64,000 nucleotides of DNA from Okamejei kenojei (lineage: Eukaryota): NCBI GenBank assembly GCA_035221665.1, contig CM069141.1, positions 67,890,001 to 67,954,000 on the forward strand, written 5' to 3'. Under the pieces are notes generated by a model. It did no database searches and was not told the origin of the DNA. It saw nothing but the letters and a program-made list of their open reading frames with translations. Positions 25,960 through 38,842 of the stretch are shown one piece after another. Every line of letters starts with the position of its first letter. The first letter of the stretch is position 1. Both the position numbers and the translations under genes were made by a program.

Positions 25960-26512
25960 CCCAGAGCATCGCAGCCTACAGCGGGAAGTCACCGAACCTT
26001 GTCCCCCACGGCCAAACGCAAGACCTGTCGGACTGCTGCCTGGAAGTGGAAGATCGGAGAACCCGGCGGACTGTAGCCTGGTAGGGCAAACCTACCAAGT
26101 TGGGCCCCGTTCGTTCACTGAACGCCAGAGAACGGGAGAAAAGAGGCCACAATGACGAACATGGCTGGCAGAAGAGCAGAGGGAACTGGGGTCTGGCCTA
26201 CTGGTCCTCTATGGAGGCACCCCGGGAGAACAGGGCGAGAGAGGGACACCGTTCGCAGTTCGACCCACACGTCTTAGCAAGGTGATGACTAGGGGCCCAT
26301 AGCAGCCATGAGCTTGCCTGGAACAGGCAGCACTGATAAGAACTAGAGCGCAGACTTGGACAAAACGTGGCAGCTCTAGCATACAGGATCAGTAGACTAT
26401 TTCTGTAGTTTGCTCATCAGGGATGTGCTTAGGTATGGCGATGCTTTGTAACAAAAGATTTCCACTTTGTGCTTGCACTTCGCACGTGACGATAAAAGCA
26501 CCATTGAACCAG
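25960..26512 (+). mobile_element. GC-rich non-coding repeat with Rex1-like tail
   Basis: GC-rich body ending aaagatttccact...cacgtgacgataaaagcaccattgaacc. Confidence 0.5.
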
Positions 26513-27147
26513 AGATGTAAACAAATCATTAATTTGTTGATTTGTTTTATGGTCTACTTTCTACTTAGATCTTTAACTTTTTCTGCCATTCAAGTCATTT
26601 TGACAGAGAGCCGTACCTGCAATTGCACAGGTGCTTTTTAGGTTTTGGTAAGAAAGGTAAAAATAGGCCGATATATCCCTGTTACCAACCCAATCCTTAA
26701 ACTTAACGAAAATAGATTAAAAAGCATCAAAATGGTCCAACTGTGAATGCAGGATTTTTCCTCTTATTAATATCTTGCTGTCTGTGGCAAAGGACGTTTT
26801 TCAATTGATCTATTAGCCCGAGTTAATTATATATATTATTTCTTCGGTAAGTGCCCAGATTTCAAATGCACCCTGAACACTATTATCTTGCAATAAAGGG
26901 TATTAAGCACACTCGTTTAATATTGTCTAGTGCCTATAATCAAGGGTTATGGGTATTAGATAACAGTGAAATTGAGGCCAGTGTAGACAAATTTTGAAAC
27001 TAAAGAGCAAGATTGAGTAAAATTGGTTCAAGAAACTGATGGGTTGTAGGAATGTAGCTGCTCCTGAACCTGGTGGAGTGGGTTAAAATGAAGAGTCAGC
27101 CACACACAGAGAATTAAAGACATGGAGATATATATTCCAAATGTGGT

Positions 27148-27299
27148 TCCACTTGGGCGACCTAATCCGCGAGTTCTGGCGAGTTTTCCCTCGACTCATA
27201 CTCGTAGCGTGGTCGACACAAGGTCGTAGGAGGTCTTCGTAACTCTACTTCATGCTCGAGAGTGGTATTCGAGGCCTCAGCTAGGTCGCGGCATTTTTC
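27148..27299 (+). mobile_element. 5' part of the MITE family seen at 30770-31240
   Basis: ccacttgggcgacctaatccgcgagttctggcga...gaggcctcagctaggtcgcggc is nearly identical to 30779-30927. Confidence 0.85.
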
Positions 27300-27689
27300 C
27301 TCTGGAAAAGGAGAGAGGTGCAGCTGATGGTCCCCGGCCTGTCAGGGAACAAGTCCCTCGGGAGTTGGAGCAGAGTTGAGCTGGAGTTAGAGCTTCTTCT
27401 CCGCGCTGGCTGTAAGCTGGTGTCCCGTCACCCCAGACATATCCGGCCGCCCCCGGCCAGGGATAGGACACTTGGGTGGGGACGGGGACGGTAGTGAGAC
27501 TCCGCTCACAAATCTGCCTCCTGGAGTTATGCAGGAGAGGGGTGAATGGTTCACCCTGGAAAATAACCCTGTATAACCCGGGAGGGCAGCCCGAGTGAGA
27601 ATGGAACCCATACACCCAGGCTGAGGGGGACCAGACTGTGATTCATCCGTTGGGACAGTGGGGAATAGGAGACAGGGTGGACAGAGGGA

Positions 27690-27810
27690 CAGAGAGAGAG
27701 AGAGAGAGAGAGACAGTGGAGAGAGAGAGAGAGAGAGAGGGGTGGAGAGTGAGAGAGGTGGATAAAGAGAGAGGGTGGAGAGAGAGAGAGAGAGAGACAG
27801 AGAGAGAGAG
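27690..27810. repeat. Imperfect (GA)n microsatellite
   Basis: Interrupted GA runs. Confidence 0.9.
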
Positions 27811-28057
27811 GGTTCCTATCCATGCACAGGTCCAAATGTCTTTCAAAATGTTATTATTATACCTGCTATAGTAACTTCCCCACCATCTACTGTGTGAAAA
27901 AAGTTGAACCTCAGGTTCTTATTACATTTTCCCCCTCTCACTCAGCCCCCGAGTTCTTTTTGGTCCCGGAATTTGGTCCCAGACAACTTTCCTTCCTCCC
28001 TTCAACCCCACCTGTACCCGTGTCCACCCTTCCTGCATCCTCCGAAGACTTACCTTT

Positions 28058-28245
28058 ACTTAGTTAGATTCATTTGGTTTAGGGACACAGCACAGAAACA
28101 GGCCCTTCGGCCCATCAAGTCCACGCCGATTACCCATTCGCACCCACACATCTTTGGAATGTGGAGGAAACCAACGTTATATTGCAGAGGGAGGACATAC
28201 AAACTCCACACAGACAGTGACCCAGGTCAGGGTCGAACCCGGGGC
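28058..28245 (-). mobile_element. Degenerate tRNA-derived HE1/V-SINE-type element
   Basis: Minus strand has B-box GGTTCGACCC, the core gtttgtatgtcctcccc, and a gggccgaagggcctgtttc tail. Confidence 0.7.
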
Positions 28246-30534
28246 TTGAATTGGCCAGATTTTCCCCACTACATCCTCATAAGCTCACAAAATAAACCAC
28301 CACCATTTGGTGCATTTCACAATAACATCATCATCATCATCAGCACTCCAGATGCTTTGTAATATCTTGGTTCTGGTTTGTACCCTAAGGCCTTTCTCTT
28401 CCTGTGAATAGTCCACACCAGCTGGCATGTCATCACCTTTGCCCAAACTCCAATATCAATGCCGAGAAATTGGCCTTCTCACGCACGTTTTTGTGACATG
28501 CAGTTTGTGCACATTAGATTGTCACTGAGATTTCTGCATGGACCAGTGGAGAAGGGAGCAATAGTGTCGGTAACTCCAGTAGCAATTCAACAGCGCTTGC
28601 AGCACTGGAGAACCCGGTTCGATCCTGACTACAGATGAAACGCAGATCTGTATACACGCAGCAGCTCAGCTGCCGAGAACGTTTATCGCGAATGACCTAG
28701 GACCTGGGCATTCGCAGTCAGAATACTGAACTCTCTTATTTTAAAATTGCAGAGGGACTGCGGCAGTTAAAAGATGACTCGCAACAAGCTCAAAGGCAAT
28801 TATGAATGAACAATTAATTGTGACCTTGCCAGTGATGATAACAGTCAATCCAATTAAAATTATTATTAATCAAAAAACAGATAAAGCAGCCGGATACCAT
28901 ATTGCCTTCATATCCGCTGCGAGGAAATTTTGGTGAAATTAACAAAATACTGGGCTCTCTCTTCCTCCTTGAACTTTACGCATCAAAAGCAGAAGACAGA
29001 ACTAACAAACAAATCACTACATATAACCAAGAGTGTTATTTTCCACTTAACTTCTAATTCAAGGGAATTAAGTTTGTTTGTTCAGACAATTAATTTCAGA
29101 CAACAGAAGCAAAGAGTGTTATTCTATGCTCTCATTGAAAGGAATATGAATTAAAAGCTTCAGTATAATCTTCAGCATACATATGCTGGAAATTTGAAAT
29201 AAAAATAGCAAGTGCGAAAGGAGCACTTTCATGGAGCAGACAGCACCAGTGGAGGCAGAAACAGTGTTAATGTTTCAGGTCTGACATGATTTTGTCAGAA
29301 AATCTTTTATCTGAAACAAAGAATCTTGGAATCAAAAGGTTTACTCTTTTTACATGACGTGCAGAATGTTTTCAGAATTTTCTGCTTTTAGACAGTGGAA
29401 GTTCCCACAATGGCGGATGAATAAGGCCAAGCATCACGGAAGGATTACTCAATCAAGCCAACTTGGACAGAGAACAAGGATAATCAGGGTCTGAAGAAAG
29501 GTCCCGACCAGAAACGTTCTCTGTGCATTCCTTCACTAATGCTGTCTGACCAACTGACTTCCTCCTGCACTGTTTTGCGCTCAGGTTTCCAGCATTTGCG
29601 GTTTCTTTTATCTCCTAATCAGAGACTTTGTCAGTCGTTATTTTGGTCAGGGATATTGCAATGCTGCTGTGGGAATTTTAGGGTTAGAAATGTAATTCAG
29701 GAATTCCAGCATGGATGCAGATCTAAATGAAGGGCAATCCTATATAAATTCTTCATTGAATTCATTTAACTAAAAAACATTGTCCAAATACACTGAGCCA
29801 TAAAATAGTGAGATCTGTATATATTGAGTTTATCATGTGCACCAAAATATATAGAAAAATATTGTTTGGCTTGCTGTCCATCCAGGCAGTTCATATCAGA
29901 CATGAGTGCAATCAGAGCTACACGAGTACATCAAAGAAAATAAAACACTGCAGAATAGTGTTACAGCTACAGAGAAAGTGCAGATAAAAAGGGCCCAGAG
30001 CCACAATGACATAACTCGCAGGATCAAGAATGACATCAAAAGCATCAATGAGGTCTGTTCAAGAGTAGGATAAAAACAGCAAAGAAGCTATTCTTGAATC
30101 TCATGGGTACATGTTTTCAGGCCTCAGGTTAGGTGAAATGGAGAGATGGAATGTATTTAGCCTAAGTGGCCATCTGTCAACCAAGTGTTTCATCACTTTG
30201 GTTGGAAAGCATACCCAGGCCAAAAGGTATCATTCTCACCTACACTGCTCACCGTGCAAAAAGCAATCACCAGTGGTACACCAAAAAACAACATTCCAGT
30301 TTGAAACCTCAACACGGGATGTCCTTCAGAAATGAAGCAGAGAAGAGTGTGATTAAAGGTGAAAAAAGTCTCCGGCCACCAGATAATGACAAAAAAACAT
30401 TCACATTAACCCAAATACTTTGATTTTTTTTAACAAAATAATAATACTATACTATTATCAAACTAAATTTCAAATATATGAAATGTACCAGAAACTGGTA
30501 TTTGTTAGACAAATTAAAAAAAAGCCCACCATAC

Positions 30535-30626
30535 CTATCAAAGCTGTAGTGAAACGGTTCAAGGATAAAGGATCCTCATACACAGGTCCATCATGGCCAA
30601 ACTCGATCTCACTCCTCACAAAGTCC
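30535..30626 (-). CDS. RNF145: RNF145 internal coding exon (92 bp)
   Basis: (R)DFVRSEIEFGHDGPVYEDPLSLNRFTTALI(G). T-rich acceptor tttag, donor GTATGG; phases compatible with both neighbouring exons. Confidence 0.96.
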
Positions 30627-30769
30627 CTAAAAAGCAAAAAAACAAATATTATATTGATATGTATCAAACCACTTAGTTTACACTAAAAATGGAATACAAT
30701 CAGAATTAAAAACACGCAGACAGAAATTACTATTCTCCCCACTGACCAAGGTGATAAGTATGGACTAAA

Positions 30770-31240
30770 GGGCCTGTCCCACTTGGACGACCTAATCCGC
30801 GAGTTCTGGCGACTTTGTCCTCGACTCATACTCACAGCATGGTCGACACAAGGTCTTTGTAACTCTCCTTCATGCTCGAGAGTGGTCTCCGCGTACTCGA
30901 GGCCTCAGCTAGGTCGCGGCCTTTTTTCAATATGTTAAAAAATGCCCGCAAGTAAAAAAAGGTCGCCATGGGAAACAATCGATGCTTTTTTTACTCGTAG
31001 GTCGGCATGTTAGTCGTAGGTAATCGAGGGTAGTCGAAGGTAGTCGTAGATAGTCTTCATCATAGTCGAAGGGAGGTCGAAGGAGATCGTCTTCACTCTC
31101 CACTGTTCGGTCCAATTTTCCCGAAGGTAGTCGTAGCTAGTCGAAGCTGGTCTTCAACATAGTCGAAGGAGGTCTTCAACATGTCATTTTTTCGAACTCT
31201 TCTAAACTCGCCAATTAGGTCGCCCAAGTGGGACAGCCCT
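30770..31240. mobile_element. Complete MITE (~470 bp), probably PIF/Harbinger-type
   Basis: TIRs are (a)gggcctgtcccacttggacgacctaat at the left end and attaggtcgcccaagtgggacagccct at the right. Internal degenerate gtagtcg(a/t)ag 10-mers; no ORF. The superfamily call is an inference from the TIR start and the TA-rich flanks. Confidence 0.8.
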
Positions 31241-31874
31241 ATTACCTTCTGTTAATTTGTTTGCATTAATTTCCTAACCAAAGATGACCCTATCCTCTTT
31301 GGCGAGGCCCTGCATTGACAGTGGCCCTGCATTTTTCAGTCGCCTTGCAAATGGAAATGCCAAAATATTGTGGTGGTCCCAACACACAAAAAGCTAAAAA
31401 CTGATGACAGGCTTCCTGGTAAGGTGAAAGTTGCTGCAATCCATAAAAATAAAATCTTAAAATACATGAAGAATCCTTTCTAGATAATTGCAAGGTGAAA
31501 ACAACTTTCATTTAGATTAAGGGATGAGGGGTTTAGAGTCCAATGAAGTATGTTTTCACCTCGACAGTGGTTGGAATCTGGACCATATTGCCCAAATTGA
31601 GACAGATATATACAAATTAAATAAAATGCAACTCAGTATCTGAATTGTCAAAGCGAGGCAGCTATATGGGATGAAAATAGAGTGCTGTCTAATTCTATGA
31701 TTTTACTCAGTGTGCATTGGCAACAACACCTCCTCACTGACGAGCAACAAGGCTGTGTGTTTTGTTCCCCTGCTCTACTCTCACACTCCCGATCTTACAC
31801 CCATAACTGCGGGACTAAGAATAGCTCCAACGCTTCTATAAATTCTCTGCAACACCACTATGGTTGGCTGAATC

Positions 31875-32550
31875 ACAAATTCCTGAGCGTTAACATCTAA
31901 GATGACTTGTCATGTGCCCAGCACATGGATGGAACCATTAGGGCAGCATGCCAGTGCCTCAACTTTCAGAAGTTTAAAGAAATGTGGCATGTCACCAAAT
32001 CCTCTAACAAACTTCCACAGATGCCCTGACAGGTTATATCATGGCATTAAATCCAATGCATAAGAACACAAGGGGCTGCAGCGAATGACTCAGGTGGGCC
32101 GATCACTGGCACAGTCCTCCGCACGATCAAAAGCATCCACATGAGGTGCTGCCCCAACAAGGCTGCATCTTTCATCAAGGATACCAAAATCTAGGTTATA
32201 ACTACTTCTCACTGCTACCATTCGACAACTGTAGGAGTTGGTTGGTTGGTAATAGAAACATTCTGAAATTCATTTTAACCCACACTACCTGGTTCAGGAG
32301 CAGCTACATTCCTATAACCTATCATTTTCTTGAACCAATCTGCACAACTCTAAACCTACCTTGGCACAGAACATTAAGGGCCACCTCTTGGTTTTTTTTT
32401 CAATCTAACTGTGCACCAAACTCTCTTACAGAATTGTGCACATTATGTCTATTTTAAGTTTGTGTGTTGTCAGAGTTGCTGCAAGCAAGATTTTCACTGT
32501 ATCTGAAACGCACTACACTTGTACACATGACAATAAACTCTACTTGACCT
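31875..32550 (+). mobile_element. Decayed Rex1/Babar-like LINE 3' fragment
   Basis: KFLSVNI*DDLS start and a gctgcatctttcatcaaggat segment; tail ttttcactgta...gtacacatgacaataaac. Confidence 0.65.
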
Positions 32551-33630
32551 GTTGTTCAACAACAGCAGGCAAGTTGGCCCCATAGCAGAAGCATCCACGT
32601 CACGGGGGTGGAAACTGGAAGTATCCTGAGCTAATTCTGCTACCACCATCATCTACTGCGATGTGATGGCTTCCACTGAATGTCGCCGGAAGCTTGCGTC
32701 CTTTTCAGGACGGACGATGACAGCGAGGTCAACATTTGTAACAGGATGGACACGAAAAGAAGAAGAAGCAGGCAAGTTGGAAGATACTCAGGAAAGATCT
32801 TTGAAGGCCAGAGAGCATGGGGATGGGAAAGGAGGCCATTCCTGATGGCAAACAAGCTACAATTGAAAAGCAAGAATGCAGAGCAGTGAGAACTTATTAA
32901 GAATGCTGGAAAGCTATTGAAGGAAAATGGTGTAGTCAACCATGTTAAAGGATGCAGAGGAGAAGGAATAAATGATCTTGGTCTCCAGCATTTGTTACCT
33001 TGATGCTGAAGTAAAAGCAGACACCCATTTGATAGGACTCAAAATAGTTCCATGTAAGATTAATATGAATTTTTGAGGCTGCAAATAGAAGGGCCTTGGA
33101 GAGGAAAAGGTAGGAGCACTGATCAGCAAAAATTGAGTCGTCAAGCCACATTGCACCATGTAAATATAAATTGAAGAATTGTTCTACTTCGAAGCCACCG
33201 ACTACCAGTTACCTTGATGACATCTCTTCTATGCAGCTGCTTGCAAGGATGCCATCGCTTACTCTCAATTTCTCAGTCTCTGCTGCAAGACCAGGCAGAA
33301 ACTAGGTTTCACTGAACACTGCTGGATCTCCCAGTTACTAAACAGTAGTAGGGCAAATTGATGCTGTTAAGTTCCTACATTAATCACATTACTTCAGCTT
33401 CAAGGGCTGAACAGTGGCAGTTCCCAAGATTCAGACCAATCCTTTAAACTAAATATCAAAACACATCATGTTTATATTCCTAGAAAGTGAACTAAGTACA
33501 AAAGATAACTTTCACACATCTGACCCGAACATAGTAATGCACACTTATCCACTACACAACAGAGAAGCTTCATTTAAACAACAAGACCACTACAAATAAA
33601 ATATTTGAATGAAACAACTTGATTTTGTCA

Positions 33631-34987
33631 CCTCTTGCACCCACACACAACTGACTGACTTCATCCATTTCACCACCAACTTCCATCCGGCACTCAAATA
33701 CACTTGGACCATTTCCGACATTTCCCTACCATTCCTTGACCTCACCATCTCTATTGCAGGTGATACACTCCTGACCGACATCCACTACAAACCAACTGAC
33801 TCCCACAGCTGCCTGGACTACTCTTCCTCCCACCCTGCTTCCTGTAAGGACTCCATCCCCTATTCCCAATTCCTTCGTCTACACCGCATCTGCTCCCAGG
33901 ATGAGGTGTTTCACACCAGGTCATGACAAATGGCCTCATTCTTCAGAGAACGGGGATTCCCCTCCCCCACTATACTTGAGGCTCGCACCAGGGACTCCTC
34001 CATACACCGCAGCACTACCCTCTCTCCCCATTCCCCCACTCGCAACAAGGACAGAGTCCCCGTGGTCCTCACCTTTCACCCCACCAGCCGGCAAATACAA
34101 CACATAGTCCTCCGCCAGTTTCGCCACCTCCAACGTGACCTCTCCACTCGCCACATCTTCCCATCTCCCCCCGCCTGCCTTCCGCAAAGACCGCTCCCTC
34201 CGCAACTCCCTTGTCAATTCTTCCCTCCCGCTCTACCCCTTCCCCAGGCACTTTCCCTTGCAACCGCAAGAAATGCTACACTTGTCCCTTCACCTCCCCC
34301 CTCCACTCCTTTCAGGGATCCAAGCAGTCCTTCCAGGTCCGACAGAGGTTCACCTGCACCTCCTCCAACCTCATCTACTGCATCCGCTGCTCCAGATGCC
34401 AGATGATCTATATCGGTGAGACCAAGCGGAGGCTTGGCGATCGTTTCGCCGAACACCTCCGCAATAACCAACCCGACCTCCCGGTGGCTCAGCACTTAAA
34501 ATCCCCTTCCCATTCCATATCCGACCTCTCGGTCCTGGGCCTCCTCCACGGCCAGAGTGAGCAACACAACAAGTTGGAGGAACAGCACCTCATATTCCGC
34601 TTGGGGAGTCTGCATCCTCTGGGCTTGAACATTGAATTTTCTCAATTCTGTTAACCCTTGCTGTCTCCTCCCCTTCCCACCTCTCCCTCAGCCCTCGGGC
34701 CCTGGCATTCCCTCTCTCTCTATCTCTCTTCCCCCACCCTAGTCGCACTAGCTTCTCATTTTCACACTAGAAACACCTTACAATGGCTTGTTCCCTTTAT
34801 CATCGATACTTTTTTGCATATCTTTCATTCATTGTTCTTTATCTCTCCACATCACCGTCTATATCTCTCGTTTCCCTGATCCCTGACCAGTCTGAAGAAG
34901 GGTCTCGACTCGAAACGTCGCCTATCTCCTTCGCTCCTTAGATGCTGCTGCACCCGCTGAGTTTCTCCAACCTTTTGTGTACCCTTA
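33631..34987 (+). mobile_element. Penelope-like retroelement, 5'-truncated: RT C-terminus, GIY-YIG, 3' hammerhead
   Basis: FHPALKYTW..LPFLDL..TDIHYKPTDSH.. (PLE RT/thumb) and NLIYCIRCSRC.MIYIGETKRRLGDRFAEH; frameshifted. Hammerhead at 34892-34919. TSD attttgtca at 33622-33630 and 34988-34996. Confidence 0.93.
34892..34919 (+). ncRNA. Minimal hammerhead ribozyme motif
   Basis: CTGAAGA-A-GGGTCTCGACTC-GAAA-CGTC. The single change versus other copies gives a G-U wobble in helix II. Confidence 0.65.
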
Positions 34988-35254
34988 ATTTTGTCAAAAT
35001 ATTTTTTTGGATTTAATGCTTTGGTAAATCACTACAGCAAATGAGTTATTATGGCAGAAACAGAAATGTCCTTTAACCATTTAAAACATCTGCAAGCTGC
35101 CTAGTAAATCAGAAAGCTTGTCAACATTTAAGCACAATGGAGATATTCTTTTACCTCCAAACAATGTATTTGATTGGAGTGTGATGGAAGAAAAAGTCAC
35201 AGAAGTAACACCCAATGGCTATGCTTTGTCTTTGGAGATTTTAGAGATACGATG

Positions 35255-36575
35255 TGTCAAGTCAAGTTCATTTGTCACATACAAGATGTGCAGTGAAATG
35301 AACGTGGCAATGCCTGCAGATTATGCAAAAAACTACAGAACAGAATAGAACAGAAACAGTATTTACATTATTAGAAAAAAAAAAAACCGCAATTTTAAAA
35401 AGACACACAACAGTAAATTGGTACAGTAAATTAGTCCCTGGTGAGATAAGATTTTACAGTCCTGAATGGTGGCCTATTATCTGAATGGTGGCCGATTAGG
35501 AAAAGGGGAGATGCAACGAGACCTGGGTGTCATGGTACACCAGTCATTGAAAGTAGGCATGCAGGTGCAGCAGGCAGTGAAGAAAGCGAATGGTATGTTG
35601 GCATTCATAGCAAAAGGATTTGAGTACAAGAGCAGGGAGTTGTACCGGGTCTTGATGAGGCCACACCTGGAGTATTGCGTACAGTTTTGGTCTCCTAATC
35701 TGAGGAAAGACATTCTTGCCATAGAGGGAGTACAGAGAAGGTTCACCAGACTGATTCCTGGGATGGTAGGACTTCCATATGAAGAAAGACTGGATAGAAC
35801 TCCAGAACAAGGGGTCACAGTTTAAGGATAAGGTGGAAGTCTTTTAGGACCGAGATGAGAAGATCTTTTTTCACACAGAGAATGGTGAGTCTGTGGAATT
35901 CTCTGCCACAGCAGGTAGTTGAGGCCAGTTCATTGGCTATATTTAAGAGGGAGTTAGATGTGGCCCTTGTGGCTATAGGGATCAAGGGGTATGGAGAGAA
36001 GGCAGGTACAGGATACTGAGTTGGATGATCAGCCATGATCATACTGAATGGCGGTGCAGGCTCGAAGGGCCGAATGGCCTACTCCTGCACGTATTTTCTA
36101 TGATTCTATGATTCTATAATGGCCTGTGTGAAGAAACTCCGTCTCATCCTCTCTGTTTTCACAGCATGACAGTGGAAGCAATTGCCTGACCGTAGCAGCT
36201 GGAACAGACCGTTGCTGGGGTGGTAGGGGTCCCCCATAATGTTGCTGGCTCTGGATCTGCACCTTCTGTTGTATAGTTCCTGCAGGGGAGCGAGTATAGT
36301 TCCCATAGTGCGTTCGGCCGAACGCACCACCCTCTGCAGAGCCTTCTTGTCCTGGGCAGAGCAGTTCCCAAACCAGATTGTGAGGTTGCCGGACAAGATG
36401 CTTCCTGCAGCCCCAGAGTAGAAGCACCGAAGGATCCTCAGAGAGACTCTGAATTTCCTCAGCTGCCTGAGGTGGTAAAGGCACTGCCTTGCCTTACTCA
36501 CCAGTGCGACAGCGTGTGATGTCCATGTCAGATCCTCTGTGATGTGGACTCCCAGGTATATAAAGCAGCTCACCC
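35255..36575 (-). mobile_element. Rex1/Babar-like LINE 3' part, interrupted by CR1
   Basis: ORF 36106-36573(-): YLGVHITEDLTW..KARQCLYHLRQLRKF..LQRVVRSAE..DPYHP..LRSG. The 3' tail (gtgacaaatgaacttgacttga) lies at 35255-35310. Confidence 0.85.
35474..36117 (+). mobile_element. CR1 LINE 3' fragment with internal deletions
   Basis: YYLNGGRLGKGEMQRDLGV..RPHLEYCVQFWSP, the 3'UTR, and a (ttctatga)n tail. Confidence 0.92.
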
Positions 36576-37391
36576 TGTGGGAGTCAGTAGGTTTATATTA
36601 GATGTCAGACGATAGTCTATCTCCTGTGGTGGAGACAGTGAGATCAAGAAACAGAAGGGAGATGTCAAAGATGGTCCAAGTGAAATGTTGGTTCATTTGA
36701 GTTATATATCTCCATATCACCATCTATCATTCTTGTTTTTCTTTCCGTCGCAGTCTGCAGAAGGGCCTTGACCCAAAACGTCACCTATTTTTATTCTCCT
36801 GAAATGCTTGCTAACTCATTGAGTTACTCCAGCTTTTGGGTCTAAAAATCAGGTCCCAAAAACAAAGACAAGCATGGACAACATCCATGACTCAATTCTC
36901 TCCAAGAGCAACTGATTGGACCATTAACACACACATATTGCATGCGGGTGTACATATTACTAATATTAAAATGTTCACATTCTAAGCAGTACATTGAAAA
37001 TTAACTTTAAAACAGTATTTCACTCTATTTGAGTACATATAATGTTTCGCATCATTTCATATCTACAATAGTCTTACCACTCCTAATACTAGTTTTAAAT
37101 TTACATTTCTCAAAAAGTCCAAATTGAACACATTATTTTGAAACCAAATTACTGCACAAACTTCAATAAATGAATAATTCAAGAACTTATGATAGCAATA
37201 CATTCTGCAGATGCATCAGATACTGAAACTGTAATTTGCCACATCAATTACAATATTTTACAATAAGCCTTTTAAAAGTTTATAGATTGATTAAAAAAAT
37301 GAGCCATCAGTACAGAGCACAGGATGCCATCACATATTAAAAAGCAATGCAGAAGTTTAGTCATTTCATGTGCATTGTGTCAACATACAAC

Positions 37392-38542
37392 TTACAAACT
37401 TAAAGCATACGGTATTAGGGGTTCAGTATTGATGTGGATAGAGAACTGGCTGGCAAACAGGAAGCAAAGAGTAGGAGTAAACGGGTCCTTTTCACAATGG
37501 CAGGCAGTAACTAGTGGGGTACCGCAGGGCTCAGTGCTGGGACCCCAGCTATTTACAATATATATTAATGATCTGGATGAGGGAATTGAAGGCAATATCT
37601 CCAAGTTTGCGGATGACACTAAGCTGGGGGGCAGTGTTCGCTGTGAGGAGGATGCTAGGAGACTGCAGGGTGACTTGGATAGGCTGGGTGAGTGGGCAAA
37701 TGTTTGGCAGATGCAGTATAATGTGGATAAATGTGAGGTTATCCACTTTGGTGGCAAAAACAGGAAAGCGGACTATTATTTAAATGGTGGCCGATTGGGA
37801 AAAGGGGAGATGCAGCGAGACCTGGGTGTCATGGTACACCAGTCATTGAAAGTAGGCATGCAGGTGCAGCAGGCAGTGAAAAAAGCGAATGGTATGTTAG
37901 CTTTCATAGCAAAAGGATTTGAGTACAGGAGCAGGGAGGTTCTACTTCAGTTGTACAGGGTCTTGGTGAGACCACACCTGGAGTATTGCGTGCAGTTTTG
38001 GTCTCCAAATCTGAGGAAGGACATTATTGCCATAGAGGGAGTGCAGAGAAGGTTCACCAGACTGATTCCTGGGATGTCAGGACTGTCTTATGAAGAAAGA
38101 CTGGATAGACTCGGTTTATACTCTCTGGAATTTAGGAGATTAAGAGGGGATCTTAAAGAAACTTACAAAATTCTTAAGGGGTTGGACAGGCTAGATGCAG
38201 GAAGATTGTTCCCGATGTTGGGGAAGTCCAGGACAAGGGGTCACAGCTTAAGGATAAGGGGGAAATCCTTTAAGACCGAGATGAGAAAGACTTTCTTCAC
38301 ACAGAGAGTGGTGAGTCTCTGGAACTCTCTGCCACAGAGGGTAGTTGAGGCCAGTTCATTGGCTATATTTAAGAGTGAGTTGGATGTGGCCCTTGTGGCT
38401 AAGGGGATCAGAGGGTATGGAGAGAGGGCAGGTACGGGATACTGAGTTGGATGATCAGCCATGATCATATTGAATGGCGGTGCAGGCTCGAAGGGCTGAA
38501 TGGCCTACTCCTGCACCTAATTTCTATGTTTCTATGTTTCTA
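37392..38542 (+). mobile_element. Young 5'-truncated CR1/HER1-type LINE with uninterrupted RT C-terminal frame
   Basis: About 350 open codons from KLKAYGIRG through [10 protein letters not shown] and KFADDTKL to GYGERAGTGY*, then the 3'UTR and (tttctatg)n. The ORF's ATG comes from flanking DNA. Confidence 0.96.
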
Positions 38543-38842
38543 TACAAATATTACAATGGGATGGAGGGAGGGGGGGGGGGGGGGGGGTTACAAAATACAA
38601 AGAGCAGCTCATCACTGCTATTTAAGTATCAACTCAAGTATTAAGTACCAGCTCAACTAATAGCACAAGTATACAACCATACTTTTTTGTTCTGATTTGG
38701 AGTAAAGAAACAACAATTTATTAACTGATTATTTAAGCAATGTAATGTCAACACCAAATCGCTACTGTTATCACATTACACTGCATATAAACACATATAT
38801 GTGTCATATAAACACATTTGATAATTTAGTCATCAACTTAAT

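Noticed and set aside
28590-28640. GGTTCGATCC as a tRNA gene
   Set aside because: Isolated B-box of a decayed SINE head; no cloverleaf.
37324-38445. 373-aa ORF as a host or intact retrotransposon gene
   Set aside because: It is a 5'-truncated CR1 ORF2 lacking the endonuclease and the first RT motifs; the ATG comes from flanking DNA.
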